A stretch of DNA of 63,999 nt, the filler included, from Circinaria calcarea (lineage: Eukaryota): assembly GCA_051942165.1 (NCBI GenBank). It is 6 parts of 6 records of this genome, joined end to end, with 100 filler letters (N's around TTAATTAATTAA, not from the genome) between each part and the next. Parts side by side here need not be neighbours in the genome. Positions count along the whole stretch, not along the records: positions 43,760 to 54,593 come from JAVECS010000758.1; positions 54,694 to 63,999 come from JAVECS010000951.1; 4 more parts are not named here. One strand, given 5' to 3'. The notes below the pieces were generated by a model. That model saw only the letters and a program-made list of their open reading frames with translations. It ran no database searches and had not been told where the DNA came from. This document shows, piece after piece, positions 50,200 through 63,999 of the stretch (positions are counted from its first letter, which is position 1; every line of letters begins with the position of its first letter). A program made the translations under genes and the position numbers.

Positions 50200-51104
50200 C
50201 CTATGTTATGATCATTACAGTGAGGATTGATTGGGTTAATGAACTTACTCTGATGGGTTTTTGGGTATCTTGGGATTCTTTCTCGTTTCTCCGCATCTTT
50301 TCATTGGCATTCTGATTTTAGATAGATGATACCCCATAAAGCTAGTCAATACCGTAGTATTATTTGGAATTAATGTACTTCTTCTTTAAGCCTTGGCCGC
50401 GCAAAGTCAGGTTGCTTGGAACAACTGTCGAAGATTTACTAGTCTAACTACCGCTGTGCTGAAGACTCCAATATAGGTACATGTAGCATTATTGCCTTAT
50501 CAGGTCCGTGAATAGGGGTTTTCACCCTAGACTTGCATCTCTCCCCAATGCTGGTCCAATGGGTTTATGTTCTATAACTACCTGTCATCGATCTGCAATC
50601 TGTCAGATCCTTCAATGACTATCATATTATCCTCTTACAATAGAGTTGGTCTGACGCAAGATGGTGGCTAAGTTTAGGACAGCTCGATAGCGACCAACTT
50701 TAGCTGAAAAGGTCCGTCTTAACGTAGAGAGCTCGTGCTATAAAGATTGCTTGATACCTTGGCTGACTGCTGGTGGCCGCATATCTGTGAGTATGACATG
50801 TGTAGACACCATCACCGATATCCCTGTCCTGTACCCTAGTAAACGGCCGTGCGGCCCAGCCGCCCGACGCTAGTAAGCGACTGTTTGTTGACATTGGATT
50901 TTGGGATTACAGCTTACGCCATACACAGATACATACCTCTACACAATCAATCAGAAAAGTACATTCGTTTCCAGCATTGATAATTCCTCTCATTACAGTT
51001 TTAAGCTTACGATTTTGAGCTCAAGGGCTGCCCCTGTGTGCATGGGATAGTACGACCAAGAAACTCCCCGGCGCAATCGCGTGTCTTTCTCGACTACCTA
51101 CACC

Positions 51105-54100
51105 ATGGACAGACCTTCAACCCCATTAAATGCCCCGCCGACATACTCTGGAGGCCCGCCGTCCTACGTCGATGTCCCTAACGAAAGTACTCCTATAAAT
51201 GCGCCTTACAATGGAGCCACCATGCGCTTGTTGACATCGATAGATAACATCTCCGAGCAGCGCCCGTATGTTTCTTTTCCTTCAAAATCTACCTCTACGG
51301 CCAGTCAGCCTAAACACAAAGCCGTGAGGACACAGACATTGGAAGAAGAGCTAGCGGATACCTCTTCAAACCTGGAAGAGGTTGAGACTCCATCTTTAAA
51401 TTGGTCCTCATGCGCTGAAGTTGGCAAGAAACAGAGTCATGATAGCCCAAAGCGTTATCCTACTGCTCGCGTCACTTTCAAGAAAAAAAGCTTACCCGGT
51501 GATAATGACAGTCCAGTCTCTCCACAACGATCCTACTACCCACCAACCGCATCTGTGGCGCGTTCTCGGTCGCCTTCTATATTAGAGCAGGCTCCGCACA
51601 TTCCGCCTCCAGGCGAGGCTCCACCATACATACCCTACTCTCCTACTCGAACCTCTCCTACAAGGTCTTGGAGCCCGTCTCGGACTTCTTCCAGTTCTTC
51701 AAGACGCTCACCTTCAAGGGTGTCGTACGAACCTGCTGATATCAACGGGAACCCCCGCCCTGGTACATCGTCTTCAAGGTATGGGGGAAGTCCCACTCGA
51801 CCATTGCCTCCAGCGCCTTTATTTGCAGGGTCGCAAGTTGGCAATACAGCATCGAAAGACGTGTCTGCGGAGGCTACCATACCGATCGATGGGAATGAAG
51901 ATGACGTGTTTGGGCTGTCGAGTGAAAACCCGCGACCTAGTTTACATTCTCAAGAGTCGTATCATTCACAATCTACTTTCACCGAGGATCTCGATTCGAA
52001 GGAAGATGACGACCAGTACGGCACTGTACCGACTGGCAGACAAGAACGGCGGCGCGGAGCACGACAGGCTCAGATGGCCAAGAAGGAGGTTCGTCTAATC
52101 AACGGAGAACTTATCTTGGAATGCAAGATTCCCACGATACTGTACAGTTTCCTACCACGACGGGACGAAATTGAGTTCACACATATGCGATACACCGCGG
52201 TGACCTGCGACCCGGATGATTTCACGTTGAAGGGCTATAAGCTGAGGCAGAACATCGGAAGCTCTGCACGAGAAACCGAACTGTTCATTTGCATAACCAT
52301 GTATAACGAGAATGAGATAAACTTTACAAGAACAATGCATGGCGTGATGAGGAATATTGCACACTTCTGCTCCCGTTCAAAATCAAGGACATGGGGAAAG
52401 GACGGGTGGCAAAAGATTGTTGTGTGCATTGTCTCTGATGGTCGACGCAAGGTACACCCCAGAACATTAGATGCCCTGGCTGCGATGGGGGTTTACCAAG
52501 ATGGTATTGCGAAAAACTTGGTCAATCAGCGAGAGGTCACCGCGCACGTCTATGAATATACGACCCAGGTATCACTGGACGCCGACCTCAAGTTCAAGGG
52601 AGCGGAGAAAGGAATAGTACCATGTCAGATGATTTTTTGCCTGAAGGAGAAAAATGCGAAAAAACTCAATTCGCATCGGTGGTTTTTTAACGCTTTCGGA
52701 AAATCTCTGAGTCCTAATGTCTGCATTCTGCTCGATGTAGGGACGAAGCCCGGGCCAGACTCTTTGTATCATCTTTGGAAGGCTTTCGACACAAACTCGA
52801 ACGTTGCGGGTGCTTGTGGTGAAATCAAAGCCGGCAAAGGGAAAGCATGGCTTGGCCTATTAAATCCATTGGTTGCATCCCAGAACTTCGAGTACAAGAT
52901 GTCCAATATTCTGGATAAGCCTCTCGAATCGGTCTTTGGCTATATCACAGTTCTACCTGGAGCCTTGAGTGCGTACAGATACTACGCGTTGCAGAATGAC
53001 GCTACGGGACATGGACCGTTGAGTCAATATTTCAAAGGCGAAACTCTGCATGGAAAGGATGCAGACGTGTTCACAGCGAACATGTACCTAGCAGAGGACC
53101 GTATTCTCTGCTGGGAGCTTGTAGCAAAAAGAGACGAACGATGGGTGTTGAAGTATGTAAAGAGTGCTACCGGAGAGACAGACGTTCCTGGTAAGACTCA
53201 TTTCTTGCCTTAGAGTTTTAGTCATCTACTGACCTTTGCAGACGCGGTTCCGGAGTTCATTTCACAGAGGCGAAGATGGCTCAACGGAGCATTCTTCGCA
53301 GCGGTCTACTCACTGATACACTTTAAGCAAGTCTGGAGAACTGACCATTCTATTGCACGAAAATTTCTGCTGCATATTGAATTCTTATACCAGTTCGTTA
53401 GTCTACTATTCACCTTCTTCTCCCTGGTAACAAATTCCCCCCTCCCTTAGAACTCTGCCCGTAGTGGCTGACCAAGATTTCAGGCCAATTTCTACCTAAC
53501 ATTTTACTTTATCGCTGGATCTTTATCGGACCCGAAACTCGACCCATTTGGACACAACATCGGCACGTACATATTCACCATCCTACGCTTCTCCTGTATA
53601 CTCTTGATTTGTACTCAATTCATCCTGTCCATGGGCAATCGTCCTCAAGGGTAATCCATCCCCTCGAACTTTCTTCCTAATACCATTAAGCTAATCTTTG
53701 ATTTTAGGGCCAAACGCATGTTCATGTCCAGTATGATAGTCTACTCCGTAATTATGGCGTATACCACCTTCGCCGCTCTTTACATCGTTATCACCCAACT
53801 GAAAAACCCTCTTACGAAACTTGTTCTCGGCAACAACGTCTTCACGAATCTCATTGTCTCCACGGCCTCAACCGTAGGACTCTACTTCCTCATGTCGTTC
53901 CTATATCTAGACCCGTGGCACATGTTCACCTCCTCGGCACAATATTTCGCACTTCTCCCCTCTTATATCTGCACCCTACAAGTCTATGCCTTCTGCAACA
54001 CTCACGATGTCACCTGGGGCACCAAGGGCGACAATGTCATCCACACCGATCTTGGCGCTGCTGTGTCTGGCAAGGGGAACACTGTGCAGCTCGAGATGCC

Positions 54101-54560
54101 AAGCGAGCAACTTGATATCGATTCGGGTTATGACGAAGCTCTCCGCAACTTACGCGACCGCCTTGAGGTCCCTGGCGACACCATAAGCGATGCTCAGCAG
54201 CAAGAGGATTACTACAAGTCTGTACGCACGTATATGGTCGTGTCCTGGATGGTCGCCAACGCGGTTCTCGCCATGGCGGTCAGCGAAGCGTATAACAGCA
54301 TCACCATCAACGATAACTTCTATCTCAAGTTCATTTTGTGGTCCGTGGCAGGGGTGGCGATTTTCAGAGCGTTGGGAAGCAGTGCCTTTGGAGTTATGAA
54401 CGGAGTGAGTGCGGTTATGGAAGGGAGGGTGCGGATGAAGTTGAACGATTGGAGGGGTATGAGAGGGAAGATGGGGGTCCCTGACTGGGTTAGCGAGGCC
54501 GGGAGCAAGGTTAGCAGCCGGTTCAGCTGGTTGGGAAGTGCGAGTTTGGGAAAGGGATAG
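51105..54560 (+). CDS. CHS2: Chitin synthase, division 1, class II (ChsA/CHS-2 type), multi-exon
   Basis: [54 protein letters not shown] (class II-like), [55 protein letters not shown]. Confidence 0.95.
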
Positions 54561-54593
54561 GGGCCCTAAGAAAGGGACTTCGGAAGTGTGGAG

Positions 54594-54693
54594 NNNNNNN
54601 NNNNNNNNNNNNNNNNNNNNNNNNNNNNNNNNNNNNNTTAATTAATTAANNNNNNNNNNNNNNNNNNNNNNNNNNNNNNNNNNNNNNNNNNNN
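54594..54693. other. Artificial contig linker
   Basis: 44 N + TTAATTAATTAA + 44 N. Confidence 0.99.
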
Positions 54694-55665
54694 CCCCCCC
54701 CCAAAAAAAAACGGAGGAGTTGCAAAGGGGAAAAGGGGTAAGTAGTTATAATAGGGCGCCAGGAGCAGAGCACACGCAACTAAATGAGTAGAAATACTAG
54801 TATTTCCTATCCCCCATCAACCTTTTCTTTCGAATTCGAAAAATCGAAATCTCTTCCTCTTACAAACAACAGCAAAAGAAGACCCCCCCCCCCCGGGCAG
54901 CAGATCCAAACACGAATGAACAACAAAAATCCCCATTCGACTGAGAAGGTGACACTTGCCAGCTCCTCTGGCGAATTCCAACTCCACCATGCCGGGGAAA
55001 GCACTCGTATCAAGGATCCGAACAACATATGTTACTAGCCCGCCATTGTTTCGACCGGCCGCAGAGGGAATGGAAGCTGGGAGTACAGTAGCAATGTTAA
55101 AGCGCCCGTGTCGGATTGAGAATTTGCTTTCCAAAAAGGGGGGGAGTTATCGGGATTGCGAGCACGATGATGGGTCGAGCTGCAGCCCAAGGAGACTTAG
55201 AATAGGTTTGAAGAGCATCGTGACACTATTTACGAGGGGCCGAAAACTGAAAGAAAGGCGTTTAGCGCACATATCTTTCGGACCACCTTAGCCCTTGGAC
55301 GATATGAATAATGTACATGGCCCCCTCCTCCGCCTCCCCCTCTCCTAATCATCACATCGTATCCCCTCGCTCCATGACGCACACCGAAAAAAACCGTCTC
55401 TTCCCAAACGCCAAAGATAGGTTATTGGTATCACAGGTATCTCTCTCACTAAAGCAATACACCGCAGTATCAAGTTCAAACAATCCCCGCACATGCACCT
55501 TTTCGACTTTATTTAGCTAGCCCAAGACATATCCTCCCTCAGGTGTCAAAGTCTTGTAAAGACGTATCCAAACCTGGATCATGAACCATCCAATCGTAAA
55601 ATGTTCAGAAGCTAGGAGCATTCTCATTTTAGATAGTCAAATCCCATCTCGTTAAGTAGATGTCA

Positions 55666-57873
55666 TCATCGGAAATTGATGATAGCAATCTACGCGTTAT
55701 CAATTAGCATGTTCATTCTGTCGCGTTCAACGCTGAATAGATGACTCACCTGATTCCGCAGCCCATAAGCCAACTTTCCACCGTCCGCATCCCAACTTAA
55801 CGAGTGAATCGGCGAAGGGTCCACCATATCATCAACCCCATCGTCGTTTTCCGGTTGAGCAGCGCCAATCTGCCACTGCTCGTCTTTGCCATTCCAGCTC
55901 GCTTTCGGCACACCTCCGCTTTCGGCGCTCCAAATCAAGACTTTGTTCCAACTCGCTGCGGCGACAAGGTAACCATCTGGAGTAAAGCTCATTGCTAGCG
56001 CGGGACTTGACCGGCCAAGACTCAGTGTGTTGATGAGGGCAGGTGGCCTCCTGGCATCCCAAATCTTGATGGTGCCATCAGACGAAGAGGTTGCGAGGAG
56101 GCGGGGTGATAGATTCGAAAGAGAGGATGGATTTGAGAGCGGTTGATAAACGAGGCCAGTGATCTCTGCATCGTGAGCCTTGATGATATGCAAGTTACCC
56201 GCCGCATCAACGAGAGCCATTGTACCGGAATCTTCCGCAATGATAGCGGTTGTGCGAGTCATAGGGTCGTATCGAATCTTAGTCCATCCATTATGGACCT
56301 CAGCTTCAGAGCGGCTTCGAAGAGTGCCAATACCTTGGTCCTCGATGACCGATTCGGCAATCAGATTTTTGCCGCAGAGGAGGAACTTCCGATCATCGAC
56401 CCAGGTTGCGTCCATGACTGCGCTTTCCAACTCAAAGGGCTGCAGAGATTGGCCACTTTGGACATCCCACACAATCAGAGTACTGTCAGTCTCATCTGAA
56501 TGAGTGACACCGAGCAGGAGAGATCCGGTTGGATTCCAGGCTAGATTCAAGACCCAATCATGTCCACCGGGTAGCTCATCTTGAATGGCACCGGCCTTGG
56601 TCCGAACCGTCACACTACCCAGCGACTCTGGAGACTTCCCATGCGTAGCAATCGCGAGACCCTCTCCGTCCGGACTCCATGCCATTGACGTGACCCTTGC
56701 CGGCTCCAACGATGTGAGTAGGTCGGTGAACTGATTAGGGTTTTCGGGAGCGGCCGTTCGATTGCCCGAGATGGTCCAGATGCGGCATAGCGCATCTCCA
56801 CCCGTCGCCAAGAGTGCGGGCTCGCGTGGGTTCCAGGCGGCATGGGTGACGTTTTGGTCCGGCACCGTCAAAACGGTCGTTTCAGGCCCGAGTTCGGCCC
56901 CCTTGTCGATTTGCACACCCACACTGCATCCATTCGTCAGGGTGGGCAGCAGGGTCGCACTATTCGGCTTAGGCTGTGCCTGCAATGCATCATCGTCTGC
57001 ATGCGCATCCACTTCTGATGCATCCACCGCTTCCATGCTAGCCGTGCTCGTCGTGCTGCCATTCTGATTCGCTAGCCCCGTCCGGATCGTCAATGGCGAA
57101 TGCGCTGTTGCTGCCGGTAAATCACGCTTCGATATCGAGTCAGCGTGCGAGGCAGCGTGAGGGTCAATGTCCATGGAATCGCTGCTTTTAGCATGATGGC
57201 CGTTGCTGGTCGCTGCACTTCCGTTGCTGCGTCGGGGCCGCTTTGCTGCCGGTGCTTGAGAAGATGCGACGTCGGCAGGATAGCCGTTGATTGCGGACTC
57301 TCGCCGGTGCTTGCGCGGGCGGGGGGATTCATGCGAAGTGCACACAGCCTCATCTTCATCCATGTTCCCATTTGGCGACAGTGGAGACGGAGCGCTTTCG
57401 GGCCCGAAGAACAAGAGTGAAGATGGAGGCGACTGTCGATTGCCATTCTAGTGGGATCATCTGTTAGTTGCCATGCTGTAGATGGTCGTCCCGTGCAACG
57501 TGCCTGATCGATGGATCTTTCGATCTCATAATACTGGAGTCCTTTTTGCACGAGGGAAATAAGCGCATGGGGTTTGATGTGTTGCGCGAACGATAGTGTC
57601 TCAGGATCTAGTCCCCAGTCACGCTGGAGTCGAACGGCCGTTTTTGCATGTCCTTTGCAATATTAGTATCATCAGGCAGTTCCATCAAAGTCCGAGAGAC
57701 CTGATCCTACCAGACTCTTGTAGGTATCTGATGATGTGGCCCGATAGTTAGCGAAGTGACCTTGAGGGCCGTCCAGGTACAAGTTGAATGTAATCCGACG
57801 GAAATCAAGCGGCCACGACATACCTCCAGATCAAATAATTGACACGGTCCGAGGTCAATGGTCCAGTAGACAT
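55666..57873 (-). CDS. SIF2: LisH/WD40 protein Sif2/TBL1 (Set3C HDAC complex subunit), multi-exon
   Basis: N-terminal LisH TSDRVNYLIW|RYLQES|GHAKTAVRLQRDW...IKPHALISLVQKGLQYYEIE, followed by WD repeats (AWNP, SMAWSPDG, AHDAEI, SSSDGTIKIWD, SLSWDADG). Last exon IAIINFR* at 55666. Confidence 0.9.
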
Positions 57874-58531
57874 GGTACCATTCGTATCATCCGGAGCACG
57901 TAGGTATGGTGTATGGTGTTGCGCCGACCCAGCACGACTTGACGGTGCTCAGGATGAACGTGCCAGCAGAGGTCCCAGCGTGATACGGTAGGGTAAGGTT
58001 TGAGGAGAAAAAGGAAGAAGGCGCGCGCTGTTGGCTGGAAAGGCTGAGTGCAAGCTTGTTCAATGGTGGGAGAACTTCAAGATCGACGCCCTGGATGGAT
58101 GATTTCCATATGCATACTTAAGTAGTTAGCGGCCGAATTGGTTGGCTTGGCTTTTTGGAGGGCAGCCTAAGACCTAAAGACGATAACCTCTGTCGGCGTA
58201 ATCTTGCCTCTTACCGCTTGAGCCAGGCGAGACGAGAAACTTGCCCGATCGGTGTCGAGCCGGGGCAAGAGCATACAAACAAACAAACTGCAGTCCGGAT
58301 GGGCGCGATGTCTATCTCTCGGGAATTTGCAACTTATCCATCTCAGTCATCTCAACTTCCCAAGCGCTGCAGAGTGGACTTTGCAAAACGATTTGTTCTA
58401 GTTCCCGTGGTATCCTTGTTGTGTGCTGCTACCTTAGTGCTCCGGCGTCGCCAAAAACTTTCAAGTTTCTCCGGAACCCGTCTCGTGGCCGGCATGTCCA
58501 TCTTGTTCCGAGCATCAACATCAACGGCATC

Positions 58532-59671
58532 ATGTCGTTACGAATCAACATACCGCCACTTACACGAGTTCTTCTTGTCCTCCTAGTCGGATTCTCTTCA
58601 CTTTACCTGCTTTCACTGAAAAGACGCCATGGGCCTGCACACAATATCGCACACCCAGAGCTCCCATATATTGTCTTGGTCCCCAATCTCTCAATCTTCT
58701 ATCCTTGGGTCTATGTTACGTCGGTGTTCGCAGAGGAAAATGTCATTACGCTTCTGGTTGCTGGTGCGACTATTCTTTATGGTGGAAGATATCTCGAGCG
58801 CGCTTGGGGCTCACGGGAGTTTGGCAAGTTCTTACTCGTGGTAATCGTGATACCAAACTTGGTGGCCGGGTGGCTTTACGTCGTTCTATATGCATTTATC
58901 GGAGCCGGTTCTTTAGGGTAAGTTCGACTCGCGGATTTCAAAGATGGCTAAAGAACTTATTAATTGAATAGGTGGGCTCGGATACACGGTTTAATCTCCA
59001 TCCAAGCGGCTTTCTTAGTCGCCTTTAAGCAGCTTGTACCGGAACATACGGTCACTATACTGAAGGGCCTGGTGAAGATCCGAGTCAAGCATTTCCCTGC
59101 CATCTTCCTTATTGCCAATACGGTATCGGGCTTTCTTTTCGGGACCGATACCAACACTGTACTCTGTTGGCTGGGCTTTATCGCAAGTTGGACATACTTG
59201 CGTTTCTTCAAAAGACAAGCAGACCTATCGGGGTCAAGTACTGGAGGGAAGACAATGAGGGGTGATGCCTCAGAAACCTTTGCCTTCGCATATTTCTGGC
59301 CTGATGTCGTGCATCCTCCTATCGCAGTCTTAGCAGACGCCATATACAATACTCTTTTAGCCCTAAAGATCTGCACCCCCTTTTCTGCCGAGGAGGTGGA
59401 AACAAGCAACGAGCAAGCGAATGCCAGAGGTGAAGGGGGTCTTCCGAGCCTGTTGAACCAAGGAGGGAGGCAAGGGGGTAGCGGGAAGAGGGAGGAAGCG
59501 GAAAGAAGGAGGGCCTTGGCATTGAAGGCGTTGGATCAGAGATTGCAGGCTGCGTCGGCGAATAGGCAGCCGCCCGTGTCTTCCGCCCCTGAAAATGTCA
59601 GCCACGCTACGACAGACGATCCAGCACCGGAAACTGCGGTAGAACATCAAGACGTGTCAAATCAGGTGTGA
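58532..59671 (+). CDS. TMEM115/DUF1751 rhomboid-like membrane protein, 2 exons
   Basis: MSLRINIPPLTR, GGRYLERAWGSREFGKF, LVAFKQLVPEHTV, KIRVKHFP, SWTYLRFFK, RGDASETFAF..FWP, EAERRRALALKALDQRL. Intron 58918-58971. Confidence 0.9.
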
Positions 59672-60223
59672 ACCCTGCGTCGAGTTCGGTGCAAGCGTTT
59701 GTGAGACTTCTAATTTCAATATTGGCGTTTTGTGGCATATCTTAATGCTGCTCCGTATGAGATTGTACCATGAGTTTCCTGTTCTCTGTAGGCTATTACA
59801 CCGCTGTAGATACCCTCCTGATTTCACCAAACGAAACTCATTACACGATGCACTTGGTGGTGATTTACTTCACATGATTCAAACAAATTCTCCCCTCGCT
59901 CGCCGAAGCTACCACCTCATGCCAAGTCGGCCCATGACACTTTTGCCCCACCCTTTAGAAACCGACGACATCGATTGACGGTCTGCTTCGATCGGGTGTC
60001 TTTACATGGACGTGGAGTTGTACAATGGCAATTAAGGCAGGGGACCTGGCGCTAGTCGCGCGCGTTCACTACGGAGTACCATACCATAGGTAAACGCCCT
60101 CGGCTCCCATAGCCAATGAAAGTTCAGTCCCGCGAATTTGCTATCGATAAACACAAAATTGGGTCAATTCGAGAAGAGCCCGACGACGATGCGACAAACT
60201 TCATCTTGCAATCCGGCTTGAAG

Positions 60224-63200
60224 ATGTCGCTGGCCGAGAAGCTGGACAAGATTAGGTCGCCTAAACTCCAGAACCAACGCGAGGTACACCCTATGTCCAG
60301 TTTGACAGTTGCGAGCAAAGCTAACGGTCACAAAGACTTCGGTGGTCTTGTCCGCAATCGAGGATACACTGAAGGACCAGAATCATGGCTCGACCCCAAC
60401 TGCCTACTTTGCCGCTCTCTTGGCTCTTCTTAGTCAAGCGATACCTTCATCCAAGGGTATTGTCAACAAAGAGCTTGCAACATCTGTTGTATATCTCCTT
60501 GACCTAGTCACACCATATGTTCCCGCTGCCCTCCTTCGATCGAAATTCTCGCAGATCCTTACCAACCTTGCACCAGCGTTGACACACCAAGATGTCGAAG
60601 CGCCGCTCCTCAAAGCTTCAATGGGATGCCTCGAGTCACTCTTGGTGGCCCAGGACTCGGCTGCGTGGGCACTTCCACAAACGCAGGTTGGGCCCCGAAG
60701 GGCAATGGCAGGTTTGCTATCACTGGCCGTAGACCAAAGACCTAAGGTACGGAAGCGAGCGCACGAGGCCTTGACCAGAGTCTTGAAAAATCCACCTCCG
60801 AGTCCATCGCTTGATCACCCTGCTGCAGACATGTGCGCCGAGACGGCCTTGCGCAGTCTCGAAGATATCGCCCGAGCAAGTGGTAAAAAATCAAAAGGCA
60901 GGGGACATGGGAGTGAGGAGCATCATCCAGGTCTGATACATGCACTCCAGCTTGTGAAGACTATAGCTTCGGCATCAGGAGGCTGGCCAAGCAAGAAGAT
61001 CGAATCGCTTTGCGAGGTCTTGCTGAATATCTCAAAGTCGAGTAACGATTACCTTGTTATGGCTGCATTCGAGGTCTTTGAGACCATATTCGCTGGGATG
61101 GCAGACGAGATATCATCGTCAAAACTTCCCCGGTTGATGGAAGTCATCTCGGAACTTCGGCCTTCCCAAAATGACTCCCAATTGCTCCCACCGTGGATCG
61201 CTATAATCTCCAGAGGTTATGATGTGTCTGCACAGCTCAGTCCAGCTGAAACCTTTCAGAAGCTGCCTGAAGTCTTCGATATGATTTCTACATTCCTTGG
61301 CTCCATGTCGCACAATATACGTATCTCTGCTTCCCAGTGTCTAATCTCATTTCTGGCCAACTGCATACCTTCGACTGCTATTCTTGAACCTTCCATCTAT
61401 GATGAGAAAGTCCTTGAAAAGCTTAGTAGAGGAGCTGTGAATCTTCTAAGCATCAAGTACCAAGCAGCTTGGATGGAAGTGTTCAATGTCCTCACGGCGT
61501 TATTTGACGCTCTGAAATGGAGATCAGCACCTTTACTAAATGAGGTCATTAAGATCGTAGGGGAACTTCGAGGTAATGATTCCTTCAACGGGAAAAAGGA
61601 GGCCGATATTGTTCTTGGAAAGGCCATTGAGGTTGTAGGACCAGAAGTAGTCCTCGAGATACTACCGCTCAACTTGGCGAAACCCAAAGCTGGACAACGT
61701 GGGAGAGCTTGGTTATTTCCTATTTTACGAGATAGTGTTATCAATACGAATCTCATGCATTTCAGATCAGAGTTTGTTCCGCTGAGCGAAACAATGTTCC
61801 AAAGGGTCATAGATCACGGATCATCCGAAAAGACCATGGAAGTTAAGCTATATGAGACGTTAGTCCAGCAAATATGGGCCTTGCTGCCGGGGTATTGCAA
61901 CCTGCCCCTCGACCTTATAACCGCGTTCAATCAGGAGTTTGCAGAACTGATAGCCAATATTCTGTACCAGCAGACAGAGTTACGTGCCAACGTATGCAGA
62001 GCACTTCAGCTGCTCGTCGAATCGAATAAGGAGATCCTGGCTATAGTAAATCCGGACGAAGATCTCCTTATTCGAAGGCGAATTACCAAGGCTGATGCCC
62101 AGAAGAATATTGATCATTTGGCAGGCTTCGCGGGCAATCTCTTAGCAGTGCTCTTCAATGTTTACAGTCAGACGTTGCCGCAGTACAGGGGTTACATACT
62201 ACAGTGTATCAATGCTTACTTAAGTATTACTCCTGAAATGGTACGGTGGTGTTTACCCAAGGACGTCGAACAATGTACTAAAGGTACCCTAGGAGTTGCT
62301 AGAAACATTCACAAGAGTTACGGCGTTGCTTGAAGCTGCGCTTGCCGAGTCCACCGCTCAAACTCAAGCAGACAAACAGAAACAGAAACAACCCGCCGAA
62401 AAGATGCCGCCGTCAAGTCACACGTTAATGGACTTGGTTATCACTCTCTCCGTTTACCTCCCACGCGCGAGCTTCCCCACCCTCTTTTCCCTATCCGCAC
62501 TTATCCTTCCCCAATCGTCAGACCCCCAACTTCAAAAGAAAGCCTATAAACTTCTTCCCCGACTAGCGACGTCTGACACAGGAATTTTAGCGCTGCAAGA
62601 CCGTACACTCGAACTCCAACAGCTTCTCCTCAGCACCGCGTCTTCTGCGACCGCACCTTGCCGACGCGATCGTTTAGCTGCTATTTCGGTATTGGTCACA
62701 CACCTCCCTCCCACATCGCTTCACTTCATCCCCTCCATCCTCTCTGAAGTTGTCATCTCCGCAAAAGAAGTCAACGAAAAGGCCCGTACCGCGGCATTCG
62801 ATCTCCTGGTTCTCATGGGTGACAAGATGCAGCAAGGTGGCACCATTGCACAGTCCCAGATCCCACACATGCCAAGCGATGCTCCTAACGCCGAAGCCAG
62901 TTTGGAAGAATTTTTCACCATGGTCTCGGCTGGTCTCGCTGGCTCGACTCCTCATATGATTTCGGCCAGCATTACCGCCCTTACACGCATCCTGTACGAA
63001 TTTCGGTCTCAGCTCACTGATCGAGTGCTCGAGGATTTGGTGTCGACTATGGATCTTTTCTTGACCTCGAATAACCGCGAAATCGTACGCAGCGTACTTG
63101 GATTCGTGAAAGTCGCGATCATCAGCCTTCCAGAAAACATCATACGGCCGCGGCTAGAGACGCTAGTGCCTGGCTTGATGGGATGGAGTAGAGAGCACAA

Positions 63201-63999
63201 AGCCAGATTCCGAGCAAGGGTGAAGCACATCTTTGAGAGAATGATCCGGAGGTTCGGGGTTGAGGCAGTGGAGAAATGGTGCCCAGAAGCCGATAAGCGC
63301 CTGATTCAGAACATCAGGAAGTCAAGGGAGAGGAGCAAGCGCAAGAAAGACGCCGGTGCCAACGAAAAAGAAGGAGACGAGGAGACGACCGGCAAAACAG
63401 CCCGACGAAAAGGCCGCTTCGAAAATGAGTTCGACCGAGCAGTCTACGGAAGCGGCAGCGATGACGAAGGCAGCCTCGACGGAGATGTCAGCAGTGGCGA
63501 CGACCGGGACCGCGGCAAAGGCAGCAAATCCTACATTGTCGAGGACGATAATGAACCCCTCGACCTGCTGGACCGCAAAGCTTTCGCCAGCATCTCCAGC
63601 ACCAAACCGGTGAAATTCAAACCCCTCCCCGCGAACGGCAAGACGCACACGAAAGCCAAGACGGATCTGGACGGGAAACTCATACTCGGCGGGGATAGCG
63701 ACGACGGCGATAATGACGCGATGATAATGGATTACGGGAGCCGTCGTGATCCGGGCGACGGAACGCTCGAAGGTGGGATCAACGCCTACGTGGACGCCAT
63801 CAAGGGGAGAGATGCGGTCCAGCGCGGGCGAGGCGGGAAATTGAAATTCAGTAATCGGAAGGAGAAAAAGGGGGCCGGTGATGGCGATGAGATGGAGGTC
63901 GACGAGGAGGAAATTGTCAAGGGGGTCAGGGAGAAGAGGGGAGCTGAGAGAGGTGGGCGTGGTGGTGGGAGCCAAAGAGGTGGTGGAGGGGTTAGGAAG
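60224..63999 (+). CDS. RRP12: Ribosomal RNA-processing protein 12 (NUC173 HEAT/ARM protein), continues past the window end
   Basis: MSLAEKLDKIRSPKLQNQ, TPTAYFAALLALL, DQRPKVRKRA, GRAWLFPILRD, QQIWALLPGYC, NLLAVLFNVYS, LQKKAYK, MVSAGLAGSTPHMISA, NREIVRSVLGFVKV, EPLDLLD. Introns near 60284-60335 and 62241-62292. Confidence 0.96.

Noticed and set aside
54694..55520. Several short ORFs after the fifth linker
   Set aside because: Homopolymer-rich contig end downstream of SIF2, with no motifs or splice logic.
63322..63975. 217-aa minus-strand ORF
   Set aside because: Antisense shadow of the GC-rich, acidic RRP12 C-terminal exon.

Overview
Filamentous ascomycete (Pezizomycotina) nuclear DNA with short GT-AG introns and CTRAC/CTAAC branch sites. 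A lichen-forming lineage is plausible from one secreted protein family, but that is inference. The window is not one locus. It is six contigs joined by five identical 100-nt linkers (44 N + TTAATTAATTAA + 44 N); the five segments before the last linker are 10844, 10843, 10838, 10834 and 10834 bp, i.e. length-sorted, so adjacency across linkers carries no information. Recognisable genes: a SAM methyltransferase, MAM33, TMA16, an EamA/DMT transporter, a LIM protein, INO1, a MEIOB-like OB-fold protein, a TauD dioxygenase, SDH7/ACN9, MTQ2, a cAMP-receptor-like GPCR, TGT/QTRT1, a HOS3-type HDAC, a class II chitin synthase, SIF2/TBL1, TMEM115/DUF1751 and RRP12. There are also several pseudogenes and single-base frameshifts at homopolymers. 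Most notable: (i) a secreted protein built from intron-delimited tandem domains with basic linkers, plus a decayed paralog nearby; (ii) a degenerate ~173-bp tandem array with RIP-like divergence; (iii) a small stand-alone HIRAN-like gene; (iv) a small Cys/His-rich CaaX protein; (v) in-frame stops near both ends of HOS3. No CRISPR array, rRNA or convincing tRNA was seen. Family assignments come from motif recognition, not database searches.
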